Positions 35,836 through 44,365 of a DNA stretch of 64,000 bases are shown piece after piece. Under the pieces are notes generated by a model, which had not been told where the DNA came from, ran no database searches, and saw only the letters and a program-made list of their open reading frames with translations. The translations under genes were made by a program, and so were the position numbers. Numbering within the stretch: the first letter of the stretch is position 1; every line of letters begins with the position of its first letter. The DNA is taken from positions 30,512 to 94,511 of the forward strand of contig CAVUAI010000013.1 in assembly GCA_963739385.1 (NCBI GenBank). The letters are read 5' to 3'. Origin of the DNA: an uncultured Alphaproteobacteria bacterium. Lineage in GTDB: Bacteria > Pseudomonadota > Alphaproteobacteria > Rhizobiales > Xanthobacteraceae.

Positions 35836-37659
35836 TCAGTAGACCCGCGGCCGGGGCTCGATATACGACACCTCGTTGGTGAGGGTGTAGGCGTGCACCG
35901 GCCGGTAGTCGATGGTGACGACGCCCTTGGGGTCGATCCACGCCAGCGTATGCTTCATCCAGTTCTTGTCGTCGCGCTCGGGGAAGTCCTCGCGCGCGTG
36001 CGCGCCGCGACTCTCGGTGCGATTGCGCGCCGAGTCCATGGTGACGATCGCCTGCACGATCAGATTGTCGAACTCGAGGGTCTCGATCAGGTCCGAATTC
36101 CAGATCAGCGACCGATCGGTGACCTTGATGTCGGCCACGCCGGAATAGACCTCGTGAATGAGCTTGTGGCCTTCCTCCAGGACCTCGGCGGTGCGGAACA
36201 CCGCGCAATTGTTCTGCATCACCTTCTGCATCTTGAGGCGCAGCTGCGCGGTCGGCGTCTTGCCGGCGGCATGACGGAACTTGTCGAGGCGCGCGAGCGC
36301 GCGGTCGGCGGAGTCCTTGGGCAGATCGGGATGACTGTCGCCGGGGTGCAGAATCTCGGCGCAGCGCCGCGCCGCGGCGCGTCCGAAGACCACCAGATCG
36401 ATCAGCGAGTTCGAGCCCAGGCGGTTGGCGCCGTGCACCGACACGCAGGCGGCCTCGCCGAGCGACATCAGGCCGGGCACCACGCAGTCGTCGTTGCCGT
36501 TCTTCTTGGTCAGCGCCTCGCCGTGATAGTTAGTCGGGATGCCCCCCATGTTGTAGTGCACGGTCGGCACGATCGGGATCGGGTCGCAGGTGAGATCGAC
36601 ACCGGCGAAAATGCGCGCGGATTCCGAAATCCCGGGCAGGCGCTCGTGCAGCACCGCCGGATCGAGATGATCGAGGTGCAGGTAGATGTGGTCCTTGAGC
36701 TTGCCGACCCCGCGACCCTCGCGGATCTCGATGGTCATCGCGCGCGAGACCACGTCGCGCGAGGCCAGATCCTTGGCCGAGGGCGCGTAGCGCTCCATGA
36801 AGCGCTCGCCTTCGGAATTGACGAGATAAGCGCCTTCCCCGCGCGCGCCCTCGGTGATCAGGCAGCCGGCGCCGTAGATGCCGGTCGGATGGAATTGCAC
36901 GAACTCCATGTCCTGCAGGGGTAGCCCGGCGCGCAGCAGCATGGCGTTGCCGTCGCCGGTGCAGGTATGCGCCGAGGTGCAGGAAAAATAGGCGCGCCCA
37001 TAACCGCCGGTGGCGAGGATGGTCATGTGGGCGCCGAAGCGATGAATCGAGCCGTCGTCGAGCTTGATGGCGACCACGCCGCGGCAGCGGCCTTCCTCGT
37101 CGACAATCAGGTCGATGGCGAAGAACTCGATGAAGAACTCGGAGCCGTGGCGCAGCGCCTGGCCATACATCGTGTGCAGCATGGCGTGGCCGGTGCGGTC
37201 GGCAGCGGCGCAGGTGCGCTGCGCGATTCCCTTGCCGTAATGGGTGGTCATGCCGCCGAACGGACGCTGATAGATCTTGCCGTCCTCCCGGCGCGAGAAC
37301 GGCAGGCCCCAGTGCTCGAGCTCGTAGACCGCATCGGGCGCGCTGCGGCACATGTACTCGATGGCGTCCTGGTCGCCGAGCCAGTCGGCACCCTTGACGG
37401 TATCGAACATGTGCCAGCGCCAGTTGTCCTCGCCCATATTGCCGAGCGCGGCGGCGATGCCGCCCTGCGCCGCGACCGTGTGCGAGCGGGTCGGAAACAC
37501 CTTGGTGATGCAGGCGGTCTTGAGTCCTGCCTCGCTGCAGCCGACGAGCGCGCGCAAGCCCGCGCCGCCAGCGCCGACCACGACCACGTCGTAGCTGTGA
37601 TCCTCGATCGGATAGGCACGGCCGTTGGTGGCGGGATTGGGTGTTCCGTTGGTGGCCAC
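35836..37659 (-). CDS. sdhA: Succinate dehydrogenase flavoprotein subunit
   Basis: [24 protein letters not shown] (FAD-linking His), HPTG and HGANRLG. 607 aa. Confidence 0.95.
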   Translation of the reverse strand: MATNGTPNPATNGRAYPIEDHSYDVVVVGAGGAGLRALVGCSEAGLKTACITKVFPTRSHTVAAQGGIAAALGNMGEDNWRWHMFDTVKGADWLGDQDAIEYMCRSAPDAVYELEHWGLPFSRREDGKIYQRPFGGMTTHYGKGIAQRTCAAADRTGHAMLHTMYGQALRHGSEFFIEFFAIDLIVDEEGRCRGVVAIKLDDGSIHRFGAHMTILATGGYGRAYFSCTSAHTCTGDGNAMLLRAGLPLQDMEFVQFHPTGIYGAGCLITEGARGEGAYLVNSEGERFMERYAPSAKDLASRDVVSRAMTIEIREGRGVGKLKDHIYLHLDHLDPAVLHERLPGISESARIFAGVDLTCDPIPIVPTVHYNMGGIPTNYHGEALTKKNGNDDCVVPGLMSLGEAACVSVHGANRLGSNSLIDLVVFGRAAARRCAEILHPGDSHPDLPKDSADRALARLDKFRHAAGKTPTAQLRLKMQKVMQNNCAVFRTAEVLEEGHKLIHEVYSGVADIKVTDRSLIWNSDLIETLEFDNLIVQAIVTMDSARNRTESRGAHAREDFPERDDKNWMKHTLAWIDPKGVVTIDYRPVHAYTLTNEVSYIEPRPRVY

Positions 37660-37664
37660 GGCAA

Positions 37665-38054
37665 TCAGACCTTGAAGCTGAGCATGAGGATGGCGAAAGC
37701 CGAAGCCAGCCCGACGGCGACGGCGAAGAAGGTGTTCGCCATCAGCATCGCCAGTTTCGCTTTCTCGTCGTGGACGTAGTCTTCGATGATGACCTGCATG
37801 CCGATGCGCATATGCGTGGTGATCGACAGGATGAACAGCAGCATGATCACGGCAACCAGTGGCGAGCCGAGAATCTGAACGACGGCGGCATGGTTGCGGC
37901 CGAGCAATCCCATCACGATGAAGATGAAGGCGATGGTCAGCGGCACATTCGCGACCGCGGTCAGGCGCTGGCGCCAGAATTGCTGGGTGCCGGATTTGGC
38001 AGGACCGAGGCCCAGCACACGCGCGAGCGGCGTACTCATCTTTCCCGCAACCAT
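37665..38054 (-). CDS. sdhD: Succinate dehydrogenase membrane anchor subunit
   Basis: Small protein with three TM segments between sdhC and sdhA. ATG 38052-38054 overlaps the sdhC stop (ATGA). An alternative start is 38039. Confidence 0.8.
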   Translation of the reverse strand: MVAGKMSTPLARVLGLGPAKSGTQQFWRQRLTAVANVPLTIAFIFIVMGLLGRNHAAVVQILGSPLVAVIMLLFILSITTHMRIGMQVIIEDYVHDEKAKLAMLMANTFFAVAVGLASAFAILMLSFKV

Positions 38055-38464
38055 CAGCGCGGCCCTCCCATGAACAGGTAGCCCACGACCCAGATTATGA
38101 TGGTCAGGCTGATCGAACCGGCAAGGTTGGCAACCGTGAGCCATTCCCGCTCATGCGGACCGAAGCCGTGCCCGGTGTCCCAGATCAGGTGCTTGATGCC
38201 GCCGAGCATGTGGTGAATGAGCGCCCAGGTGTAGCCGAACAGGATGAGCCGGCCGAACAGCGAGCTCATGAACGCGCCGATGCCGGCATAGGCATTCGGG
38301 CTGGAGGCCGCCGCGATCAACCACCACACCACCAGCAGCGTGCCGAAATAGAGGCTGGCGCCGGTGATCCGATGGACGATGGACATCGTCATCGTCAGCG
38401 TCGGTTTGTAGATGAACAGGTGAGGCGAGAGCGGGCGCTCAACGGGCGCCTTGGTGTCCGCCAT
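38054..38464 (-). CDS. sdhC: Succinate dehydrogenase cytochrome b556 subunit
   Basis: [35 protein letters not shown] (ATG 38462-38464) carries the conserved SPHL..Y and SI.HR.TG motifs. 136 aa. Confidence 0.9.
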   Translation of the reverse strand: MADTKAPVERPLSPHLFIYKPTLTMTMSIVHRITGASLYFGTLLVVWWLIAAASSPNAYAGIGAFMSSLFGRLILFGYTWALIHHMLGGIKHLIWDTGHGFGPHEREWLTVANLAGSISLTIIIWVVGYLFMGGPR

Positions 38465-38686
38465 CGTTCCTCTCCGTTTCGCCCGCGCCCATTGGGCCAC
38501 CGTTCCTATCCAATGTTGCAATGCCGTGCAATGCGCCGGAACCGGCGCCAAACGCCGGGGCCGGCATTCGCAGGCTACGAATATGGCTCCCAAGGACTTG
38601 GCCGACAATAGGTATTTGGCGTAGTTTTCCTTCGTCAAATTCGAAGGCTGGTCCCGACCGAGAGCCACGCTCACATCAACCAACCC

Positions 38687-39574
38687 ATGCGTTTCGACCT
38701 CACCGATCTCAGCCTGTTTCGTCATGTCGTGGAGGCCGGCAGCATCACCGGCGGGGCCGAGCGCGCCCACCTCGCGCTCGCTGCCGCTTCCACGCGCATT
38801 CGTCACATGGAGGAGGCGCTGGGGGCCGCGCTGCTGGTGCGCCGGCGCCAGGGCGTGACGCCGACCCAGGCCGGCCGCACCCTGTTGCAGCATGCGCGCG
38901 CGATCCTGCGGCAGGCCGAGCGGCTGCGCGAGGATCTCGGTGCCTATGCCGGCGGGCTCGCCGGCCAGATCAGGGTGCTCTCCAACACCAATGCGCTGAC
39001 CGAGTTCCTGCCCGAGGCGCTGAGCTCGTTCCTGGCGACGCACCCGAATGTGAGCGTTGACCTCGAAGAGCGGCTAAGCGACGAGATCGTTGGTTTGATC
39101 GCAGAAGGCGTCGCCGATCTCGGCATCGTCGCCGCCACCGTCGATACGAGCGCACTCGAAACCTATCCCTTCCGCAAGGACCGCTTCGTGCTGGTGGTGG
39201 CGCGTAATCATCCCCTCGCCAAGCGTGCGAAGATCGCCTTCGCGGAGGTGCTGGACCACGATTTCGTCGGCCTCGATCGCGCCAGCGCACTGCAGCGCTT
39301 CCTCGCCGACAAGGCCTCGCGCATCGGCCAGCCGCTGCGGCTGCGCGTGCAATTGCGCAGCTTCGATGCCGTCTGCCGTATGGTCGAATGCAATGTCGGG
39401 ATCGGCATCGTGCCCGAGACCACCGCGCGCCGCGTGGCCACGGCCATGGCGATCGTGCCGGTGGCCCTGACCGATCCATGGGCGGTGCGCGAGCTCACGA
39501 TCTGCATCCGCAACTTCGACGAGCTGCCGCCGTACGCCCGCCAGCTGGTCGAGCATTTGCGGACGCCGGCATAG
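38687..39574 (+). CDS. LysR-type transcriptional regulator
   Basis: MRFDLTDLSLFRHVVEAGSITGGAERAHLALAAASTRIRHMEE (wHTH). 295 aa. Confidence 0.85.
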   Translation: MRFDLTDLSLFRHVVEAGSITGGAERAHLALAAASTRIRHMEEALGAALLVRRRQGVTPTQAGRTLLQHARAILRQAERLREDLGAYAGGLAGQIRVLSNTNALTEFLPEALSSFLATHPNVSVDLEERLSDEIVGLIAEGVADLGIVAATVDTSALETYPFRKDRFVLVVARNHPLAKRAKIAFAEVLDHDFVGLDRASALQRFLADKASRIGQPLRLRVQLRSFDAVCRMVECNVGIGIVPETTARRVATAMAIVPVALTDPWAVRELTICIRNFDELPPYARQLVEHLRTPA

Positions 39575-39684
39575 CCGCCTGACCGGCCACGGCGCGCGGT
39601 TTTCGCGCGGAACCGAACCGCGGCGTGGGCCGTTTCCCAAGGTGATGGCCTGCAATCGCCACGCGGGCTGGGAAACATGCAACG

Positions 39685-40263
39685 ATGCTACGGAGTTCAT
39701 TCATGACGATTTTGAAATCTATGGGAATGACTGGCATTGCCGCGCTGCTGACGGCCGGACTCTCGTTGCCGGCGGCAGCGCAATCGGCCAAGGCCGCGCT
39801 CAAGGACAAGAGCGGCAAGGATGTCGGCGTCGTCGATCTGACGCAAACTCCAGGCGGCGTCTTGATCAAACTCTCGCTCAAGGGCATGCCGAACGGCGAG
39901 CACGCTTTCCACATCCACAATGTCGGCAAGTGTGAAGCGCCGTCGTTCGAGTCGGCAGGGCCGCATTTCAACCCCGACAACAAGCACCATGGCATTCTGT
40001 CGGGCGAAGGGCATGCCGGCGACATGCCGAACCTGCACATCCCGTCGGACGGGACGCTGGAAGTCGAGGTGGTCAATACCGCCGTCACGCTCGACAAGGG
40101 CAAGCCGAATTCCGTCTTCCATCCCGGCGGCACGTCGGTCGTGATCCACGTCGGCAAGGACGATTACAAGAGCGATCCGGCCGGCAATGCCGGCGACCGC
40201 GTTGCCTGTGGCGTGATCAGCGAGGCGACGCCGACGACAGTCGGCGGCGCGCCCGCGCGTTAG
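39685..40263 (+). CDS. sodC: Periplasmic Cu/Zn superoxide dismutase
   Basis: Signal peptide, then HAFHIHNVGKC, GPHFNP, GHAGDMPNL and AGNAGDRVACGVI, which are the Cu/Zn ligand and disulfide motifs. An alternative start is 39703. Confidence 0.9.
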   Translation: MLRSSFMTILKSMGMTGIAALLTAGLSLPAAAQSAKAALKDKSGKDVGVVDLTQTPGGVLIKLSLKGMPNGEHAFHIHNVGKCEAPSFESAGPHFNPDNKHHGILSGEGHAGDMPNLHIPSDGTLEVEVVNTAVTLDKGKPNSVFHPGGTSVVIHVGKDDYKSDPAGNAGDRVACGVISEATPTTVGGAPAR

Positions 40264-40292
40264 TGCGACGCGACGCCACTTCTATCCGGGAC

Positions 40293-40612
40293 GTCATTCC
40301 GGCCGAGCGAGCGCAGCGAGCGAGAGCCGGAATCCAGTAAACACCGGACGTGGTTGTCTGACACAGTGCCCACAGGAGGGCTGGCGAGTACTGGATGCCC
40401 GCATGCGCGGGCATGACAGCGGAGGGTGCGGCTCTGCCGAAATCGCGACTAATGTTTGTGGCGCCTGCCGCCGCCTCCATGCGGATGTCATTCCGGCCGA
40501 GCAAGCGAAGCGAGCGAGAGCCGGAATCCAGTAAGCACCGACCTTCACCGTGTGTGCATTGGTCGATGCCCGAGGCTGGCGAGTACTGGATGCCCGCATG
40601 CGCGGGCATGAC
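40293..40612. repeat. Tandem duplication (period about 195 bp) of a composite REP unit (family 3 plus family 2)
   Basis: gtcattccggccgagc.agcg.agcgagcgagagccggaatccagtaa occurs at 40293 and 40487. ctggcgagtactggatgcccgcatgcgcgggcatgac occurs at 40381 and 40576. Confidence 0.8.
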
Positions 40613-40665
40613 CGGGTTTGCGGCTTCTGCAGGAATCATTCGCGGGCGGGCAGCCAGTGCGGATC

Positions 40666-41715
40666 TCAGCGCGGCATCAGCACCCAGTAGTCGAGATCGA
40701 GCAGGACCGACGGGTCGTCCTCGTCGCCGGCCTTGAGCGGGAAGTCGGCGCCGGGATGATCCTTGGTCGCGACAGTACGCAGCCGCAGCGCGCCGACATC
40801 GTCGCGTCCGGGAAGGTCCGCCTTTGCCAGCACCTCGGACCAGGCGAACACGGTCGCCCCGGCGAACAGCGGCGATACGTGCCGCCCGCCATTGATCGCG
40901 GCGATGTGGAAGGCGTTGGCCAGCCCGTTGAAAGACAATGCGCGAGCGAGCGAGATCACGTGTCCGCCGTAGATCAGGCGGCGCCCGAACCTGCCCTGTG
41001 CCGCCGAGTGCTGGTCGAAATGAATGCGGGCGGTGTTCTGATAGAGTCGCGTGGCGATCTGGTGCTCGGCCTCCTCCACCGTCACGCCGTCGACGTGATC
41101 GATCCGCTCGCCGACCGCATAGTCGCCAAGACGATACGGGCTGCCGGCGAGCGTGACGTCATAGGCGGCGACGTCGATGGGCGGGCAGGCGTCGCCGAGC
41201 GCACTGGGGAGCACCTCCTCGGGCAAGCGCGGTATGTGATCGGCGGGCGCCGGCGCCGCCGGGTCGCGCTTGAGCAGCATGACCCAACGGACATATTCGA
41301 GCACCTTGGCCCCGTCCTGCTTGAGGCCCGTGGTCCGGACGAACACGATGCCGGTCTTGCGGCTGGAGTTCTCCTTGAGCCCGATCACCTCGGAGACGGC
41401 ATTGAGCGTGTCGCCCGGATAGACCGGCGCGAGCATGCGGCACGCGGCATAGCCGAGATTGGCGACGGCGTTGAGCGAGATATCCGGCACCGTCTTGCCG
41501 AACACCACGTGGAACACGAGCAGGTCGTCGACCGGCGCGCGCGGATAACCGATCGCCTGCGCGAAAACGTCCGACGACTGCACGGCAAAGCGCGGACCGA
41601 ACAGGCCATTGTACAGCGCCACGTCGCCGACCGTGATGGTGCGCGGGGTGGCATGCTTGATCGTCTGGCCGAGGCGGAAGTCCTCGAAGAAATTGCCGGT
41701 GCCGGTCTTCGCCAT
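40666..41715 (-). CDS. Double MaoC/hot-dog hydratase, mesaconyl-CoA (2-methylfumaryl-CoA) hydratase-like
   Basis: MAKTGTGNFFEDFRLGQTIKHATPRTITVGDVALYNGLFGPRFAVQSSDVFAQAIGYPRAPVDDLLVFHVVFGKTVPDISLNAVANLGYA (ATG 41713-41715). 349 aa. It matches my recollection of Mch-type enzymes, but this is not verified by search. Confidence 0.65.
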   Translation of the reverse strand: MAKTGTGNFFEDFRLGQTIKHATPRTITVGDVALYNGLFGPRFAVQSSDVFAQAIGYPRAPVDDLLVFHVVFGKTVPDISLNAVANLGYAACRMLAPVYPGDTLNAVSEVIGLKENSSRKTGIVFVRTTGLKQDGAKVLEYVRWVMLLKRDPAAPAPADHIPRLPEEVLPSALGDACPPIDVAAYDVTLAGSPYRLGDYAVGERIDHVDGVTVEEAEHQIATRLYQNTARIHFDQHSAAQGRFGRRLIYGGHVISLARALSFNGLANAFHIAAINGGRHVSPLFAGATVFAWSEVLAKADLPGRDDVGALRLRTVATKDHPGADFPLKAGDEDDPSVLLDLDYWVLMPR

Positions 41716-41901
41716 GGTTGGTCCTGACTGCTGGCCCCGACCGCACCGGTGTGCGTCCAACGGCCGTTTCCTGTCGTAACTCAATTGCGCCATCGGCGGC
41801 ACGGGAACGTGAAGCCACCGTTCGGCCGAAGTTTGCTATAGATCACCCGTCGCCACTTGCAAAAGTGCACTCGCAAAAGTTGGACTTGCAAAAGCCGCGC
41901 C

Positions 41902-42537
41902 ATGTCGATCGAAGCCACCCATGATCATGCCCTGACCTCAGCTACGCCGGGGCGGGCCGTCATTCATCCGGTATGGGTGCGGGTCACGCATTGGATCAAT
42001 GTCGTGGCCATGGTGGTGATGATCGGCTCGGGATGGGAGATCTACAACGCCTCCCCGCTGTTCCCGTTCAGGTTTCCGCGCAGCATTACGCTCGGCGGCT
42101 GGCTCGCGGGCGCCCTGCTCTGGCACTTTGCGGCGATGTGGCTCCTGGCGGTGAACGGCCTCGTCTATGTCGTGCTCGGGATCGTGACCGGGCGTTTCCG
42201 GCGCAAGCTCGTTCCGATCCGCCCCGGCGACGTCCTGGCCGATGCCAGGGCCGCACTCACCGGCAAGCTCGCCCATGACGATCTCGCCGTCTACAACGCC
42301 GTGCAGAAGCTGCTCTATCTCGGCGTGATCCTGGCCGGCATCGTCATCGTCCTGTCGGGCGTCGCGATCTGGAAGCCGGTGCAACTGCAGGAATTGACCG
42401 CGCTGTTCGGCGGATACGACGCCGCGCGCTACGTCCACTTCTTCGCCATGGCGGCAATCGTCGGCTTTCTCGTCGTGCACGTGATCATGGCGGTGCTGGT
42501 GCCGAAATCGCTGCGCGCCATGATCAGCGGGCGCTAG
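41902..42537 (+). CDS. Cytochrome b (b561/PhsC-like) membrane subunit
   Basis: MSIEATHD...HPVWVRVTHWINVVAMVVMIGSGW. It has four TM helices with conserved His residues and lies directly upstream of the Mo-oxidoreductase. Confidence 0.75.
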   Translation: MSIEATHDHALTSATPGRAVIHPVWVRVTHWINVVAMVVMIGSGWEIYNASPLFPFRFPRSITLGGWLAGALLWHFAAMWLLAVNGLVYVVLGIVTGRFRRKLVPIRPGDVLADARAALTGKLAHDDLAVYNAVQKLLYLGVILAGIVIVLSGVAIWKPVQLQELTALFGGYDAARYVHFFAMAAIVGFLVVHVIMAVLVPKSLRAMISGR

Positions 42538-42580
42538 GTTTGCGCGCGATCGCGTGAGCGCAGCTTCAGGAGAGATCGAG

Positions 42581-43357
42581 ATGTCTCGCATTCGCAGGAA
42601 TCCACCGGGGGTCGATTCCAGGCTCCTGATCAAGGATGCGGCGAAGCTGATGCCGGAACCGACCCGGCGCCTGTTCCTGCGCGGCGGCGCCAGTCTCGGC
42701 GCGCTCGCCTTCCTCGCGGGCTGCGACATCGTCGACGGTCCGTCGGCGGAGCACGCTTTGACCAAGATCTCGTATTTCAACGACGGCGTGCAGGCGTGGC
42801 TGTTCAACCCCAACCGGCTCGCGCCGACCTATCCGGAAAGCGCGGTGACGCGTCCCTTCCCTTTCAACGGCTATTACCCCGAGGACGAGGCGCCCGAGGT
42901 CGACAAGGACGACTACAAGTTCGAGGTCGGCGGCATGGTCGACGACAAGAAATCGTGGACGCTCGATGAGCTCTACGCGCTGCCGCAGGAAACCCAGATC
43001 ACCCGCCATATCTGCGTGGAGGGCTGGAGCGCGATCGGCAAGTGGACCGGCACGCCGCTGCGCGAATTCCTGCGCCGCGTCGGCGCCGATACGCGGGCGA
43101 AATACGTCTGGTTCCGCTGCGCCGAGGGCTATTCCACCTCGATCGACATGCCGACGGCGCTGCACCCGCAGACCCAGATGACCTTCCAGTTCGACGGCGC
43201 GATCCTGCCGCGCAAGTACGGCTTCCCGATGAAGGTGCGCATCCCGACCAAGCTCGGCTTCAAGAATCCCAAATACGTGATGGAGATGGCCGTGACCGAC
43301 AAGTATCTCGGGGGCTACTGGGAGGACCAGGGATACAACTGGTTCAGCGGGAGTTGA
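42581..43357 (+). CDS. Molybdopterin-dependent oxidoreductase (MsrP/YedY-like, sulfite-oxidase fold) with Tat leader
   Basis: ATG 42581 follows AGGAGAG. The Tat leader is TRRLFLRGGASLGALAFLAGC. CVEGWS, KYGFPMKVRIP and KLGFKNPKYV are typical of the oxidoreductase molybdopterin-binding domain. Confidence 0.8.
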   Translation: MSRIRRNPPGVDSRLLIKDAAKLMPEPTRRLFLRGGASLGALAFLAGCDIVDGPSAEHALTKISYFNDGVQAWLFNPNRLAPTYPESAVTRPFPFNGYYPEDEAPEVDKDDYKFEVGGMVDDKKSWTLDELYALPQETQITRHICVEGWSAIGKWTGTPLREFLRRVGADTRAKYVWFRCAEGYSTSIDMPTALHPQTQMTFQFDGAILPRKYGFPMKVRIPTKLGFKNPKYVMEMAVTDKYLGGYWEDQGYNWFSGS

Positions 43358-43750
43358 GTACTACAAACTTGCCAAGCAATATTCATGAATGTGGTTCAAA
43401 CACATCATGGATGACACTAGACAGGGATCAGATTATCAATAGCGACTATGGCAACAGGCTGGCAACGAGCGTGCGGAGACGCAAGGTAGAAACAGCACGA
43501 CGTTCGAGTCGAGCCTAGCGCAGTGCCGCCACTCTAGCGCCGCCTCTTGTCGGGAACCGCACCCCGTCCGCATGAAGGACAAGGCGTGACCAAACCGGCC
43601 TGCCACGCGCGCTCGAACTGCTCGCCGCCAAAAGATCGCAGCTCAGCATCGCGCGGAACATAGCGATCCGCTATCGCACGATTATGTCGGCAGTCGACTG
43701 CGGCCAGCCATCCGTGGGCGCCGTTGGCTCACAGCACAACAAATAGTCTG

Positions 43751-43779
43751 CTGACACGTAGCATTAAATGATGTATTCT
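43751..43779 (+). promoter_or_regulatory. Putative sigma70-type promoter for the islet operon
   Basis: CTGACA (43751-56), 17 nt, TATTCT (43774-79), about 29 nt upstream of ATG 43808 in an AT-rich stretch. This is a pattern match only. Confidence 0.3.
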
Positions 43780-43807
43780 ATCTAGGGTTGTTGAGAGTAT
43801 TCGGACT

Positions 43808-44365
43808 ATGCACAGACATTTCTGGCCCGTTGTCGCACTCGTCCTCATTTGTCCCATCCTTTGCCGCGGCGCCGAACCTTCGTTTTCGGAAGCCGTAGGG
43901 CTGTTAAGCCAGGAGCGAAGCTACGCCGAATCGGGCGCGGCATTGGTTAAGCAGTACGCGCCGGGCGACATAGAAGCCCGGCGGCTCTATGCGGACGCCA
44001 AGGGCGCCTTTGACGGCTTGATCGAGCAGCTGCTGGCGGACCTCGCGCAAAACAACGATCCGGAACTCTCCGCGGCATTTCGCGAGCGGATCGACGCCGC
44101 GGCGATGAAGCGCGTTGCGTTCAGTAAGCGCGCAGACGAGGTCCTGAAAGCCAATGTGCCAGAGGGGGCCAAGAACGCCATTCTGGTTGCGATTGCAGAA
44201 TCGTTAGCAAAAACTCCCGTCGAGATAGTGAAAGAGCTGTTCGGGGGCGGAATGACCATCTGGAAAGAATGGCGGGGTGTTAGCACCGAACGCCGCAAGC
44301 AGATAACCACGCGGATTGAGGCACAGCGATGGAAACCTTTTGCCGAGATCCCTCCCGCGCTTTGA
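43808..44365 (+). CDS. Exported all-helical protein of unknown function (185 aa), first gene of the islet operon
   Basis: The signal peptide is MHRHFWPVVALVLICPILCRGA|EP. The mature part is Ala/Glu/Lys/Arg-rich with heptad-like helices, has no Cys, and shows no motif I recognise. Its 3-prime end overlaps the next gene by 37 nt. Confidence 0.7.
   Translation: MHRHFWPVVALVLICPILCRGAEPSFSEAVGLLSQERSYAESGAALVKQYAPGDIEARRLYADAKGAFDGLIEQLLADLAQNNDPELSAAFRERIDAAAMKRVAFSKRADEVLKANVPEGAKNAILVAIAESLAKTPVEIVKELFGGGMTIWKEWRGVSTERRKQITTRIEAQRWKPFAEIPPAL

Noticed and set aside
43389-43405. tRNA T-arm-like hairpin (ATGTG-GTTCAAA-CACAT) at the left edge of the islet, a possible tRNA-fragment att site
   Set aside because: The loop does not start with the conserved TTC at position 54. 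No acceptor, anticodon or D arm can be built around it, and no matching copy exists at the right edge.
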